DNA from: a virus
Taxonomy: Duplodnaviria; Caudoviricetes
Virus record (IMG/VR): IMGVR_UViG_3300005686_000008
DNA: 64,000 bases
Reading direction: 5' to 3' (one strand)
Shown: in pieces, positions 7,618-18,094 of the stretch
Layout of the letters: each line of letters begins with the position of its first letter
Position numbering within the stretch: the stretch's first letter is position 1
Notes under the pieces: generated by a model
What the model saw: only the letters and a program-made list of their open reading frames with translations
Database searches by the model: none
Told to the model about the DNA's origin: nothing
Position numbers and translations under genes: made by a program

Positions 7618-7756
7618 AAGACAAGTCGAAGCGTCTTAGGTTAACATTCATGCAAAGGGAAGCTTAAGATGGTTTCTCACTGGATGGAAACCAGCCCATG
7701 CTAGACATGGGAGCAAGTTGTCTGGATCCCTAGGAGCGCAGAACCTAACTTGTCTT
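7618..7756 (+). ncRNA. Y RNA-like RNA (3), degenerate tRNA module
   Basis: AAGACAAGT/ACTTGTCTT terminal stem with GTCGAAG motif; internal CTGG-ATGGAAA-CCAG followed by CCCATG/CATGGG hairpin. Confidence 0.6.
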
Positions 7757-7760
7757 TTCT

Positions 7761-7834
7761 CAGGGTGTAGCTCAGCTTGGTAGAGCGATTGGTTTGGGTC
7801 CAATAGGCCGCAGGTTCGAATCCTGTCTCCCTGA
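7761..7834 (+). tRNA. tRNA-Pro(TGG)
   Basis: CAGGGTG acceptor, TT-TGG-GT loop. Confidence 0.9.
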
Positions 7835-7837
7835 CTT

Positions 7838-8128
7838 ATGTATCAGAATACGCATACTCTTTATTATGGTTCTTTCTATTCTGCTGCTCGTAAATGGATT
7901 AATGAACAAACTTCTAAAGGTAAAACTGTAACAGTTAAAGCCTTCTGCGAACAGCACGATATATGTAAGAAATGTAAAGGTCTTGGTTGCGGAACATGCG
8001 GACGAAAAAGAATGCCATTTGAAGTATTCTCAACTCGTCAAACTAGAAAACAGAAGATAATGAAGAAACGAAGAAAGATGGAAAAGAAGATTCTCGCTAA
8101 ACAAGCCTTTGATAAAATATTCGGATAA
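7838..8128 (+). CDS. Hypothetical Cys-rich basic protein
   Basis: ATG 3 nt after tRNA-Pro; CKKCKGLGCGTC. Confidence 0.6.
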   Translation: MYQNTHTLYYGSFYSAARKWINEQTSKGKTVTVKAFCEQHDICKKCKGLGCGTCGRKRMPFEVFSTRQTRKQKIMKKRRKMEKKILAKQAFDKIFG

Positions 8129-8133
8129 GAAAC

Positions 8134-8454
8134 ATGAACGAGATACTTAATTCCCAATTCAACCCTTCTGATTACGGAATCGCAGTTGTTGATTTTTGGG
8201 CTGACTGGTGTATGCCTTGCAAGATGCTTCTTCCTATCTTAGAAAGATTTACTAGCGAGTTTCCATCAATAACATTCCTCAAGGCGAATGTAGATGAAAA
8301 CTCTGCACTTGCAAGAGACTATGGGATTAGCAATATCCCTACAATGCTTGTTTTCAAGGGCGGAAAACTTGTGGACAAGATTACTGGATTGTCAAGAGAA
8401 AGCTATCTTAGAGAAACTTTTGACAAGCTGATTAGTGAATCAGCTACGTCGTGA
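8134..8454 (+). CDS. trxA: Thioredoxin
   Basis: VDFWADWCMPCK; IPTMLVFKGG. Confidence 0.92.
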   Translation: MNEILNSQFNPSDYGIAVVDFWADWCMPCKMLLPILERFTSEFPSITFLKANVDENSALARDYGISNIPTMLVFKGGKLVDKITGLSRESYLRETFDKLISESATS

Positions 8455-9424
8455 TACCGTAATATCGAGAACCGAAAAGGTCGATGTTTCGGTATGAACA
8501 GTACACAATCTAGCATTGATGCGCAAAAGAGAAAAAAGCTTCTCGGTCTTCAAAAAGAATACCTTGAAAAAACGGTAAGTAAGCTCGATGCTATGATTGA
8601 ACTTTCTCAAGAACTGGAAAAACTTGACGACCCTGAACTAATCAAGGCGTACTGCGATAAGATAGACAGCCTTGATGCTGAGGTTTCGCAAGACTATTTG
8701 ATTGCTGTAAATATAGAAGGGATGTTACAATGAAATGCAAAAAACATCCAAAATATCTTGGAATTTATAAGCCAAGAGCAGAGTGTTCTGTATGTCATGA
8801 AATATACGCCGCCGAATTAAAGGCTAAAGAAATGGCAGAAGAGTTTGAACTAAACAAGACTCGAAATGCTAATAGTTATCTTGAAATAAAGAAGCTTTTT
8901 GACAAGCTTGGCAATCTTGGCCCTTATTGGAAAGACGTAGATATCAAGAAGCAGAAATGGGGTAAATGGAAGATAGAATCTTCTATTAGAGTAGATAATG
9001 GATATGGCGGCACTGTTCAGTCTGTAGTTTCCGAGGGAGACAACTTTATAGAGGTTGTGAAAGACTTCCTTGGGAAAATTGCAGAAAAAGATAGTCTATG
9101 CAAAGAAAGCTATATGTAATATGAGATGGAAAGTAAAGCCATCAAAACCAGAACCTGAACACGGAGATTTGAGAGTAGTCTCTAAGTTTCTATTTTTCCC
9201 ATTACGAATTGATGATAGAGTTCGTTGGTTAGAAAAAACAGAAATTGTGCAAAAGTACGTTAAGTATCGAGTTACGGAATATCCATTGTTATTTGGAAGA
9301 CCTTTTTGCTATATAACGGGACGATGGGAAAATCTCGGATTTGCAGTTCCAGATGAAGCGGATGTTATTGAGATTAAAGTAGATAAAGACGATCCTTACA
9401 ACGAAGTTTATGGTAAGGAATAAT

Positions 9425-9498
9425 CAGGGTGTAGCGCAGCTTGGTAGCGCGTGTTCTTGGGGTGAACAAGGTCGCTGGTTCGAATCCAGTCACTCTGA
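9425..9498 (+). tRNA. tRNA-Pro(GGG)
   Basis: tgttc-TT-GGG-GT-gaaca. Confidence 0.9.
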
Positions 9499-9503
9499 CT
9501 TAA

Positions 9504-9684
9504 AACCTGTTCTGTTTCGCTTCTAAGGCGAAAGTGACTGGGGCTACCGAACCTAGGCCTCGGGTCATAGGGTCCAGCTTATGCCAGGGATCACCCTAAG
9601 TAAAAATAAGGGAGCCGGCTCTGCTAATTACAGGGAACTTCCGAGAGTAATAGGACGTGAGGAAGTTGGCGAAACAGACAGGTT
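9504..9684 (+). ncRNA. Unassigned structured RNA (~180 nt)
   Basis: AACCTGTTCTGTTTCGC pairs with GCGAAACAGACAGGTT; GC-rich interior. Confidence 0.55.
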
Positions 9685-9868
9685 ATTTTATGAAAACAGA
9701 TGAAATAAACAAAGTTCTTGAAGAAGTATTTGGAAAAGGTAACTTTGTCTTGATATCTAGCGGCGGTCCTTCTAAAATGAAGCCTATTAGAATTGTTGGG
9801 AAACTTGTTCCTATCAATCCTAAGCCTAGAGTTCAGATAGTCGATTTTATAGATGAAAGGAGGTAGCA

Positions 9869-10684
9869 ATGACTGATTTTTACAAAAAGCCAGATCTACT
9901 TGTTAGAACTGGTTCTCATTTGTATGGTTGCGCAGTTGCGACCTCAGATGAAGATACGAGAGGTCTTGTTGTTCCTCCTGCTGAGTATTTGCTTGGTAGA
10001 AAGAATTGGGAACAACATGAAACCAAAGACCCGGACTGCGTAATCTGGAACTTTGCGAAGTTCTTTAATTTGCTTGAGAGGTTCAGCCCTAACACCGCTG
10101 AAATCTTATTTGCTCCGCAGGAACATATTATTGAGATTACTGAAGTCGGTCAAATGATGATCGATAACAAGCATCTCTTTGTTTCTAAGCAGCTTATCAA
10201 GCCAATGCAAGGCTTTGCCTTTGGCGAATGGAAGAAGGCTGTAGAATACTTTGAGCAACTAAGGAAACTTGGCGCTCAAAGAAAAGAGCATATTGCGAAG
10301 TTCGGGTACAGCGTTAAGAACGCATATCATGCAGTTCGTTTGCTTGAAGAGTGCATTGAGCTTCTTCAAACAGGCACGATTACGTTCCCCCGTCCAAACG
10401 CAGATTTCTTGCGTCAAATTAGACATGGAGAAATCCCTGTTGAAGTCGTCAAGGAAAGATACGAACAACTTGACAAGAGGGTTCCGCAAGAGGTTGCTAA
10501 CAGCAGCATCCCGGACTCTGTTGAAAAAGATAAGCTAGACAAGCTCTTCTATGATTGTATTAAAATGAAGATGGTCGGTTTTATGGCTGACAATTACAGT
10601 CTAGCATGTTCTGATCTTGGACTTGTTTTCAGTCACAATCACTTGTTCAATCCCAAATGGTACAGGGTTGAACAACCAACATAA
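9869..10684 (+). CDS. Pol-beta-superfamily nucleotidyltransferase (RlaP/YcgL-like)
   Basis: GSHLYG...SDEDTRG; C-terminal KNAYHAVRLL. Confidence 0.85.
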   Translation: MTDFYKKPDLLVRTGSHLYGCAVATSDEDTRGLVVPPAEYLLGRKNWEQHETKDPDCVIWNFAKFFNLLERFSPNTAEILFAPQEHIIEITEVGQMMIDNKHLFVSKQLIKPMQGFAFGEWKKAVEYFEQLRKLGAQRKEHIAKFGYSVKNAYHAVRLLEECIELLQTGTITFPRPNADFLRQIRHGEIPVEVVKERYEQLDKRVPQEVANSSIPDSVEKDKLDKLFYDCIKMKMVGFMADNYSLACSDLGLVFSHNHLFNPKWYRVEQPT

Positions 10685-10685
10685 T

Positions 10686-10713
10686 AAGAAAGGCCTCGAA
10701 AGGGGCCTTCTTT
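10686..10713 (+). terminator. Intrinsic terminator
   Basis: GGCCTC-GAAA-GGGGCC followed by a T-rich tract. Confidence 0.7.
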
Positions 10714-10753
10714 ATTTCTCGATTCAAATTTGGTCGATAAGACCGATATAGAT

Positions 10754-10880
10754 GGTTGCAGAGGCGGAATTGGCAATTTCCTTCTCGATAACTTACTCCT
10801 TACGGAGTCGATGTAGATAGGATTAACACGCAACGGGAGATAATCCTGATTTATGTAGGTTCGAATCCTACCTGCAACCC
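10754..10880 (+). ncRNA. Non-canonical tRNA-like RNA (8-bp acceptor, no anticodon arm)
   Basis: GGTTGCAG/CTGCAACC, T arm GTAGGTTCGAATCCTAC, two unrelated internal hairpins. Confidence 0.65.
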
Positions 10881-10885
10881 TTTTT

Positions 10886-10982
10886 GGCTAGGAGCAAATT
10901 CTTTGCTCACAAACTTGTCTCGCAAGAGGCCGACGAGAAAAGATTAACTGGAAGCGAGTGGGTTCAACCCCCACCCTAGCCG
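10886..10982 (+). ncRNA. Non-canonical tRNA-like RNA
   Basis: GGCTAGG/CCTAGCC-G acceptor, T arm GTGGGTTCAACCCCCAC; GCAA-tetraloop hairpin in place of an anticodon arm. Confidence 0.65.
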
Positions 10983-10985
10983 CTT

Positions 10986-11258
10986 ATGAGAAGATTAGAA
11001 ACGTTTCTTGGTTCTGATGGAAAATATCACCATGATGGTGATTGCTGGATATATGCAATTAACGGCGTTTGTACTTGCGGATTACTACACATTGTTAATA
11101 GAGATGCAGATAATCCAGATTATAAATGCTTGATGGAAAATCTTTGGAAGCATGAAGGGAATCTGCATTATCTTAACAACATAGAGATACCTAAGAGAGA
11201 ACCAATAAGTGATGAAAAATTCAAGGAAATAATGGAAAAGGCTGGTTGGAAAGTTTAG
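10986..11258 (+). CDS. Hypothetical protein
   Basis: ATG 3 nt after the tRNA-like RNA; HHDGDC...CTCGLLH. Confidence 0.65.
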   Translation: MRRLETFLGSDGKYHHDGDCWIYAINGVCTCGLLHIVNRDADNPDYKCLMENLWKHEGNLHYLNNIEIPKREPISDEKFKEIMEKAGWKV

Positions 11259-11322
11259 TGGATAACAACAATTTTGCATAATAACATTACTCATGTTATC
11301 GTGCAAAACGATGTTATGATAA

Positions 11323-11393
11323 GCGGGTATGATGTAATGGTAGCATATGACCTTCCCAAGGTTAGAGTCGGAGTTCGAGTCTCCCTACCCGCA
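11323..11393 (+). tRNA. tRNA-Gly(CCC)
   Basis: tgacc-TT-CCC-AA-ggtta. Confidence 0.9.
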
Positions 11394-11398
11394 TTAAT

Positions 11399-11470
11399 GC
11401 AGACGTAGCTCAGTGGTAGAGCGTCACGTTGCCAACGTGAATGTCGAGGGTTCAAGTCCCTTCGTCTGCT
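11399..11470 (+). tRNA. tRNA-Gly(GCC)
   Basis: tcacg-TT-GCC-AA-cgtga, U73. Confidence 0.93.
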
Positions 11471-11559
11471 TTTTGTGCTTAGAAAATTGCTTCAAAAGTT
11501 TCGTGCAAGGTTTGAGTTTGGCAATGAAGTCTCCGAAATCGCAGTAGGAGATTTCAGAT

Positions 11560-13488
11560 ATGCGCAAAGGTACGGTAATCCATCTTGATTCTGGCGAAAC
11601 ACTTCCTCATCAAGAACTCGCTATGGCCGATTTGGTCATAAACGGTAGTGTAATAGTCAAAAACCGTTACGGCTCAAATGGTGCTAGAATCCTAAACCCC
11701 TGTTCAGGGGCCTCCGGGCCTCTTGACAGGGGTATTTTTCGTGATTGGGAAATAGCAAATCACTTCGCTGCTACATTTGATGAACGAGTGAATAGTCGGA
11801 TTACTGAAATCCTAGACATTGTTCATGCTGTTTTTGGTGAAAATACAGATGACTATAATTGGTACTTCGATGGAGCAGAAGAAGGCCAAATGGGAACCAT
11901 TCATCTTCCAGATGATGATGAATCTCAGATATCTTACGTTTATGAAAACGAAAATAAATATAGCAAAAAGAAGTTCTTAGAAACAACTGAATGGGATTAC
12001 ACTCTTGGCATTCCTAAGAAGTTTTTGTTCATGAATGATGATGAAATTACTAAGTACATAGAAAAACAGATTGAAAGATGTTCCAAGAAGGATGCGCAGA
12101 AAAAAGCCAAGAGAGAGGCATCTAAAAAAGAGAAAGAACAGAAGAAGAAAGAGTTACTAAACCGTCTTTCTAGCGAAGAGAAGAAGCTATTAGGAATCAA
12201 AAAATGAAAAACGAATCAATACATAGGCATGTTTTTGTTTTCAACCCGCAAGATAACGGAGGCGAATCTCTTTCTCTTATAACCGACTTTATTGACAATG
12301 GAGACGGTCCAGAGGCCGGCATCTTTACAAACCAAGAACTCGGTTTGCAATCCTACTGCAACTCCGCATCGCTTCAACTAATGGGAGCCTCTTTTACTCC
12401 TGAAAATCTTCGTAAACTTGCAAATGAGCTTGAAAGTGCCTGGATACAGGCTAAGACAAAATGCGCTAAGAAATAAGAGGTTAATATGGCAAAAAGCATG
12501 ACAAAAAAGAAACCGCAAATGAAAGTTCCTCATAAGACTAATTGCCTTGGTGATTATGAGCTTGATCTAGAAAAGTATCAGTCCGAGGCCATTAAGAATG
12601 TCAATTGGAAACTAGGAGATTGGTGTATTTGCGAAATGGAAATTAAGCAAATAACTCAAATCGACAAGGATACTCTTCTTCCTACTACTGTATCTTGCGG
12701 GTATTTCAACACTGGCTGTAGCGATTGGACTCCTCATCTTTTCCCGCTTACTCTTAGAAACAAGACCATAGCAGCGTTCTATAGACGCTTGTACGATGAA
12801 CTCCATAAGAAGTGCCGCAATCTCAACTTTCCTGACCTTAATAGGTATTTCTGGAGCAAGTGCGACGAATGCTTATCCGCTAAAGAGCCAGATAAGGTTG
12901 GCAAGATGTGCGAAGAGATTCAAAGATTTCAAGAAAGTATTATTTCGGCAACAGATAATGCTCTTTCAACCAGAATTGATGGCGTAGAAATCTTTAGAAG
13001 ATAATGCCATGAAAAACGATCCAAGACTAAAGATGATTCTTGATAGACACGACTATTCGGTTGACACGATAGCGGATAGGAAAATATTTGCCCGGCAAAT
13101 ATTCATGGGCGGCGGGCATCCAACAGACCCAGAAAAAGACTTTACTGGTCAAGAGATGGTTCTTGTTCATCACTTGCTTGATGAAGCCTTTTCTCTTATA
13201 AGCGGAATGCAACAAAATGGCGGCATGGGTACTGAGTTTAACGAAGAAGAGCAATCTCAATCTCAACGAAAACTAAAAGCTATTGCCGATAATATAAGAA
13301 TCGCTTTACTTGGCGAAGAAAAAGAAGAACCTCTTGCCTGGCTCGTATTCTGTCCCAAAAATAATGAATATGACTACAGAGTTTATGCATACAAAGGCGA
13401 AGCAGAAGAAGCAGCAGACGAAAATAATCAATCGTTAGGAACAGACGAAGAACTTTTTGAAGTAATACCGCTGTATAGAAGAGATTGA
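11560..13488 (+). other. Run of four hypothetical phage genes (11560-12207, 12204-12476, 12486-13004, 13009-13488)
   Basis: Tightly packed or overlapping + strand ORFs. Confidence 0.65.
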
Positions 13489-13493
13489 TTTAA

Positions 13494-13575
13494 GCCACCG
13501 TGCCCCGAATGGTAAGGGACCGCTTTTGTAAAGCGGCGTCGAAAGATATTGCAGGTTCAAGTCCTGTCGGTGGCT
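13494..13575 (+). tRNA. tRNA-Thr(TGT) with long variable arm
   Basis: ccgct-TT-TGT-AA-agcgg; GCCACCG/CGGTGGC acceptor; extra arm GTC-GAAA-GAT. Confidence 0.8.
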
Positions 13576-13577
13576 TT

Positions 13578-15005
13578 ATGACTGAAAATAAAACAGAACG
13601 GAAGCCTCTCTATACCGTCGAAAGAGATGACGATTCTTTTCGTATATTTAGAAAAGGCTATGTGGATGCAACAGTGAAGATTGTTGATTCTGTTATTAAA
13701 GTAAGTATTGCTCCACATACGGAAAAAGATATGTTCGTAGGAGACTTCAGAGGATTGAAGAATGTTATTATTTCTGAAGTAAAAGGCAACTGGCTTAGAA
13801 ACGAAAAAGACAAGCATAAGAAGCCTAATAAAAAAGGTGCCGATTTCATTCATAAAGATTTTTCAGAATGGCTTGATAAGGCCTTCTCTAAAGGATTAAC
13901 ATATATTCTTTTCCCAGAATGGAAAAGGCTTGCAGACAAGGCCGATCCTAATATTCTCAAAATATACAAGAAGTTTATTTCTGTACGAGGACCAAAGGTT
14001 CAGATTCCTGATATATTGAAAATTGAGGCAACCTACAAAGACGAAGACTTTGTAAAAGATGCTCTTACTTATAATTCAATACACTTGTGCTTGGAAAAAG
14101 CAAGTATACTGAATGGAAAAGTTTGTTATGAAATAAGAGACCCCGAACACAGAGGGGGATATTTGAATTATGGAAACAGATATCATACAATGAAAACTCG
14201 CAATTGGAGACTTTTGTTTTCCGATTGTCCAACAACCTATAAAGCTCTTAATAAGACTTTAGATAACTGGCCTAGAGGAGTTCCTGCTCATATGGCTTTT
14301 TATCTTGCCAATATTCATCTCTCAGTGCCGGTTAGTGATAGAGTAAAGCTTATTGCCATTTTGCAAGCAGCTCAAACTATAAGGTATGCAAGACAAAATC
14401 ATCTTAACTGCATAATGAAATCAGAACCTGAGCAAATAAGAAAAGCATTCTATATACACAAAAAGAACCATGAAAGACAGCATCCATACAGTAAAGGGAA
14501 ACTTAACTTAAGAGGAAGCAAGTCTATTTGTAACTTTATTAGTACAACGTGCGATTTCCCTGAACCTCATCATGGAGGTTTCATTAAGCTTGCAGAAAAG
14601 TCCGATGAATGGCATCGCACTGCAAGATGGGAATTTGATCTTCCAAAGGATTTGGATACAAAAGACTCTCTAACAAAGAAACCGCTTATTCCGTTACCAG
14701 AACATAAAGAACTAAGATTCCTTGCTTCAATGAAAGAAATAAGAGATGAAGGTAGGGAAATGGGTCATTGTATAGCATCTTATGCCGAATCAGCCGTTTC
14801 TGGATCTTGTTTCCTTTTCCATTGCGATTATGAGGAAGAAAAGGCTTCCATAATGCTTGACAAGTATGGGAATGTTGTTCAATCTTTTGGTCCTAGAAAC
14901 TGTACTAACAAGGCTTCTCAATGGGCTTCGGCAGAACTTGCAAAATGGGGTAAAAAGATTGCTGAAATGTGGAATAGAGTCGAAGAAACTGCGGAGGTTT
15001 TCTAA
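13578..15005 (+). CDS. PcfJ-like domain protein (start corrected to 13578)
   Basis: C-terminal EIRDEGREMGHCIASY...QSFGPRN. Confidence 0.75.
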   Translation: MTENKTERKPLYTVERDDDSFRIFRKGYVDATVKIVDSVIKVSIAPHTEKDMFVGDFRGLKNVIISEVKGNWLRNEKDKHKKPNKKGADFIHKDFSEWLDKAFSKGLTYILFPEWKRLADKADPNILKIYKKFISVRGPKVQIPDILKIEATYKDEDFVKDALTYNSIHLCLEKASILNGKVCYEIRDPEHRGGYLNYGNRYHTMKTRNWRLLFSDCPTTYKALNKTLDNWPRGVPAHMAFYLANIHLSVPVSDRVKLIAILQAAQTIRYARQNHLNCIMKSEPEQIRKAFYIHKKNHERQHPYSKGKLNLRGSKSICNFISTTCDFPEPHHGGFIKLAEKSDEWHRTARWEFDLPKDLDTKDSLTKKPLIPLPEHKELRFLASMKEIRDEGREMGHCIASYAESAVSGSCFLFHCDYEEEKASIMLDKYGNVVQSFGPRNCTNKASQWASAELAKWGKKIAEMWNRVEETAEVF

Positions 15006-15936
15006 ATGGGAACAAACTATTATTTCATAATGAATAAATGCGAATGCTGCGGTAGATTTGACACTTTCCATATTGGTAAGAAGTCATTTGGTTGGCAGTT
15101 TTGTTTTCATGGACCTTCCATAAAAGAGAGCAGAATCCGTTCCTGGGTTGAATGGAAAGAGATCTTGCCTCTTGGAGAGATAATGGACGAATATGACCGT
15201 GCTATAACGCATATTGAGTTTATAGCGATTGTGGAGGGTTCCAGGAAGGAATCTCGTAACCACTTTGACGAGTGTTCTAATAGTTTTGATGACTGGATTG
15301 AAAGAGTAAAAGACGGGATTGATTGGAAAGACGAAGAGGGCTTCTCTTTTTGTTCTGGAGATTTTTGCTAATGCCAATACTAAATATACCGACGATAGGC
15401 ACGTTACTGACCTTGGATAAGGACTGGTTGTTTATACTACATAGCGAGTATAGAAATTTTGCTTTTTGGAATAATTGCCAGAAAACTACCCCAAATCCAG
15501 AAAGTATTGGATATGGAAAGACCATTAGTGTAACTCTTCCAAAAGGGACCGTTTTAAGCGTAAGTAGAATTTATATTAGAAACGGAGCCTCTGATTACGA
15601 CTCTATAACATTCTCTATTAAAGAATGTCCTATCAAGGGAATAAAGGGCCGTTTTTGGGTAAAATTAGAAGACGCAAATAGAATATCATACTTATAAAGG
15701 ATATGTATTAAGTTCCATACCAAATTAAAGGTATGGAACAGAAGCTATCTTATAATCTTGAGAAGCTACTAAGAGAAATAGAGCTTGAGATAGCTAAGTT
15801 TGTGGAAAGTAATGCTTTTTACTTAGAGTTTAGAAACAAGTGTTGGGCGGCAGGCCCAACTGGACAGCAACTCTTATTGCTCCATAGAATCGCTATCAAT
15901 CTAAGATGCGATATAGACAACCTGAAAAGTCTTGGA

Positions 15937-16167
15937 TTATAATCCAGCCTTGTCTAGTTTTGTATAATATTCGGGGTCTTCTGTTAGGTGATCTTTTGCT
16001 ATTTCTTTAGCAACATCTTCCCTTCCAGTATGTTCTTTTTCAACCCCAACCCCTTTACCAAGTTCTTTTTTATTGAAACGAGATGATGGCTTATTGTCTG
16101 CAAGCCCTCCCGGTATAAGGTCTTTTTCCGTAAGCTTTTCAAACGATGACGTTTTGATTGTTTTCAT
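15937..16167 (-). CDS. DUF5661-like protein
   Basis: GVEKEHT...AKEIAKDHLTEDPEYYTKL. Confidence 0.75.
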   Translation of the reverse strand: MKTIKTSSFEKLTEKDLIPGGLADNKPSSRFNKKELGKGVGVEKEHTGREDVAKEIAKDHLTEDPEYYTKLDKAGL

Positions 16168-16601
16168 ATTGCTTACCTACAAATCTAAAGTAGAATATCC
16201 TCCATACGTTGTGGTTTCGTAAGAAAATCTCCGATAAAAGGTGAGCTATGAAAAACGAAACAGAAAGACCAGAAGCAGGTAATATTGGTATTTTTACTCC
16301 AGACGCCTCTATAGGAATTCAAGAGGCTTTTTGTGGCATCTGCGGAGATAAAATGGGTGTCAAGAGAGCTATTTTAGAAGCGACTTCATTTATTGAAGGA
16401 CTTTCTGGCAAAAAACATTTACATGATAGGTTTGAATGTCCGAACTTGGAAGAGATGTGGCATAAACAGGTAAGAGCTATTAAAATAGAAATAGCTCGTA
16501 CATCTAGTAAAAGATTAGAAGACATTCTTACTGATGAAGTTGAACAGATCATAAAAACAAGAAAAGAAACTAAACAAGTTTCAATATTTGGAGTATAAAC
16601 A

Positions 16602-17804
16602 GTGCGCATTCATAAGAGTTTCCGTGATATCGGTATGTCAAAAATTGTTCAGGTTTCAGAAAAGGCTAAGGTAGTAGCCCCTGAATATGAGAAATCAACT
16701 GGTCAGCCATTTATCTATTTTCAGCGAGGAGAGGTTGGTTATCCAACTGCCCCCTTTATTGCTGATGCGTTTAAGGAGGCAATAGAAAAAGGCTTTACAA
16801 AGTATCCTAAGCCGGGCGGAGAAGATTATTTCAAAGATGCCGTTGTAAGCGACTTGTATTTGAACAACAATGTCGTTTTATCTCGCAAGAACATTGTAGC
16901 AACCTATGGCGGTCAAGAAGGCCTTGAGTTGACTTTTTCAATGTTTAGAGGACAAACATGCGCAGCATTTACTCCGTGCTGGTCCTGTATGTTTGATAAC
17001 ATAATTCCGTACACTGAAGTTAATTTTCTTTCTGTTCCTCTTGATGCTGAAAATGGATGGAGCATCCCTTGGGATAAACTTGAGAAGGCGCTTGCTGTTT
17101 CCGAAATATTCTATTTCAACTCTCCGCATAACCCAACTGGCAAGGTTTTTTCTGTTGAGGATATTGTAAAGATTGTATTTCTTTGCGAAAAGTATGGAGT
17201 CACTCTAATTTCTGATGAAGCTTATAAAGGGCTTATCTATAAGGATGTTCATGTAGTTTATAGTCCTCTTCAGACTCACTATCCAAATATCATTTCTGTC
17301 AATACGTTTTCTAAGACGTTTGCTGCTACTGGATTTAGAATAGGGTATGTTGCTTCTCCAAGAGAAGATTTCATTGAATACCTTACAGGCGGAAACTATA
17401 CAGAAACAGCAGGAGTTTCAACTCCAACGCAATATGCGTTTTCTAAAGCATTGTCTCATCCTGACCGTTCTAAATGGGAACAAAGCTATTGGAATGAAAT
17501 GCGCAAAAGACGACAGACTATTATAGAAAGCCTAAGCGATGCTCTTGGAGCAAATGTTCCTGAAGGGGCATTCTACACCTTCTTCAAGGCCGTAGAAATG
17601 CCTTATGAAGAACATCTGGTTGAAAAACTTATGAAAAATGGTATTGCAGTAGTTCCTGGCTCTGCTTTTGGTAGCGAGTTTACTGGATATGTTAGGCTTT
17701 CGTTCTCTACACTGAACGAAAACCTAATACGAGATGGAGCGAAAAGGCTTAGCGGCATAGTCCTTTCTTCTAGGTCTGATATTTGTGAACAGCCGCTTTG
17801 CTAA
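16602..17804 (+). CDS. PLP-dependent class I/II aminotransferase
   Basis: NSPHNPTG, DEAY, SKTFAATGFRIGY, PGSAFG...VRLSF. Confidence 0.92.
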   Translation: MRIHKSFRDIGMSKIVQVSEKAKVVAPEYEKSTGQPFIYFQRGEVGYPTAPFIADAFKEAIEKGFTKYPKPGGEDYFKDAVVSDLYLNNNVVLSRKNIVATYGGQEGLELTFSMFRGQTCAAFTPCWSCMFDNIIPYTEVNFLSVPLDAENGWSIPWDKLEKALAVSEIFYFNSPHNPTGKVFSVEDIVKIVFLCEKYGVTLISDEAYKGLIYKDVHVVYSPLQTHYPNIISVNTFSKTFAATGFRIGYVASPREDFIEYLTGGNYTETAGVSTPTQYAFSKALSHPDRSKWEQSYWNEMRKRRQTIIESLSDALGANVPEGAFYTFFKAVEMPYEEHLVEKLMKNGIAVVPGSAFGSEFTGYVRLSFSTLNENLIRDGAKRLSGIVLSSRSDICEQPLC

Positions 17805-18094
17805 AGCCTAGAGGCGAAGTGGCTTTTTTCTTGCCTATACTTACACTATGGAAGAAGACGAACCAATCGAGTTCAGACTTGCTCCCCAAGATGGTGTCAA
17901 CTGTTTTCCAGATGAAGTTGATGAAATTATGAAAATGCTGGAAATCGAACCGCTATTTATTAGCGACGAGTCGGCTGTCTATGATTTCTACCTGGAAGAT
18001 GAGATTGTTGAAAAGGCATCTAAATCTCTTGGAATACCAATAAATGAAAATGACCTGATAGTTGATATTGCCAGAAGACTTTTCAAACACAGGA

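Noticed and set aside
10754-10880. tRNA-Sec (8/5 fold)
   Set aside because: An 8-bp acceptor is present, but there is no TCA anticodon arm.
13494-13575. tRNA-Tyr(GTA)
   Set aside because: The 5-bp stem CCGCT/AGCGG centres TGT, not GTA, in the 7-nt loop.
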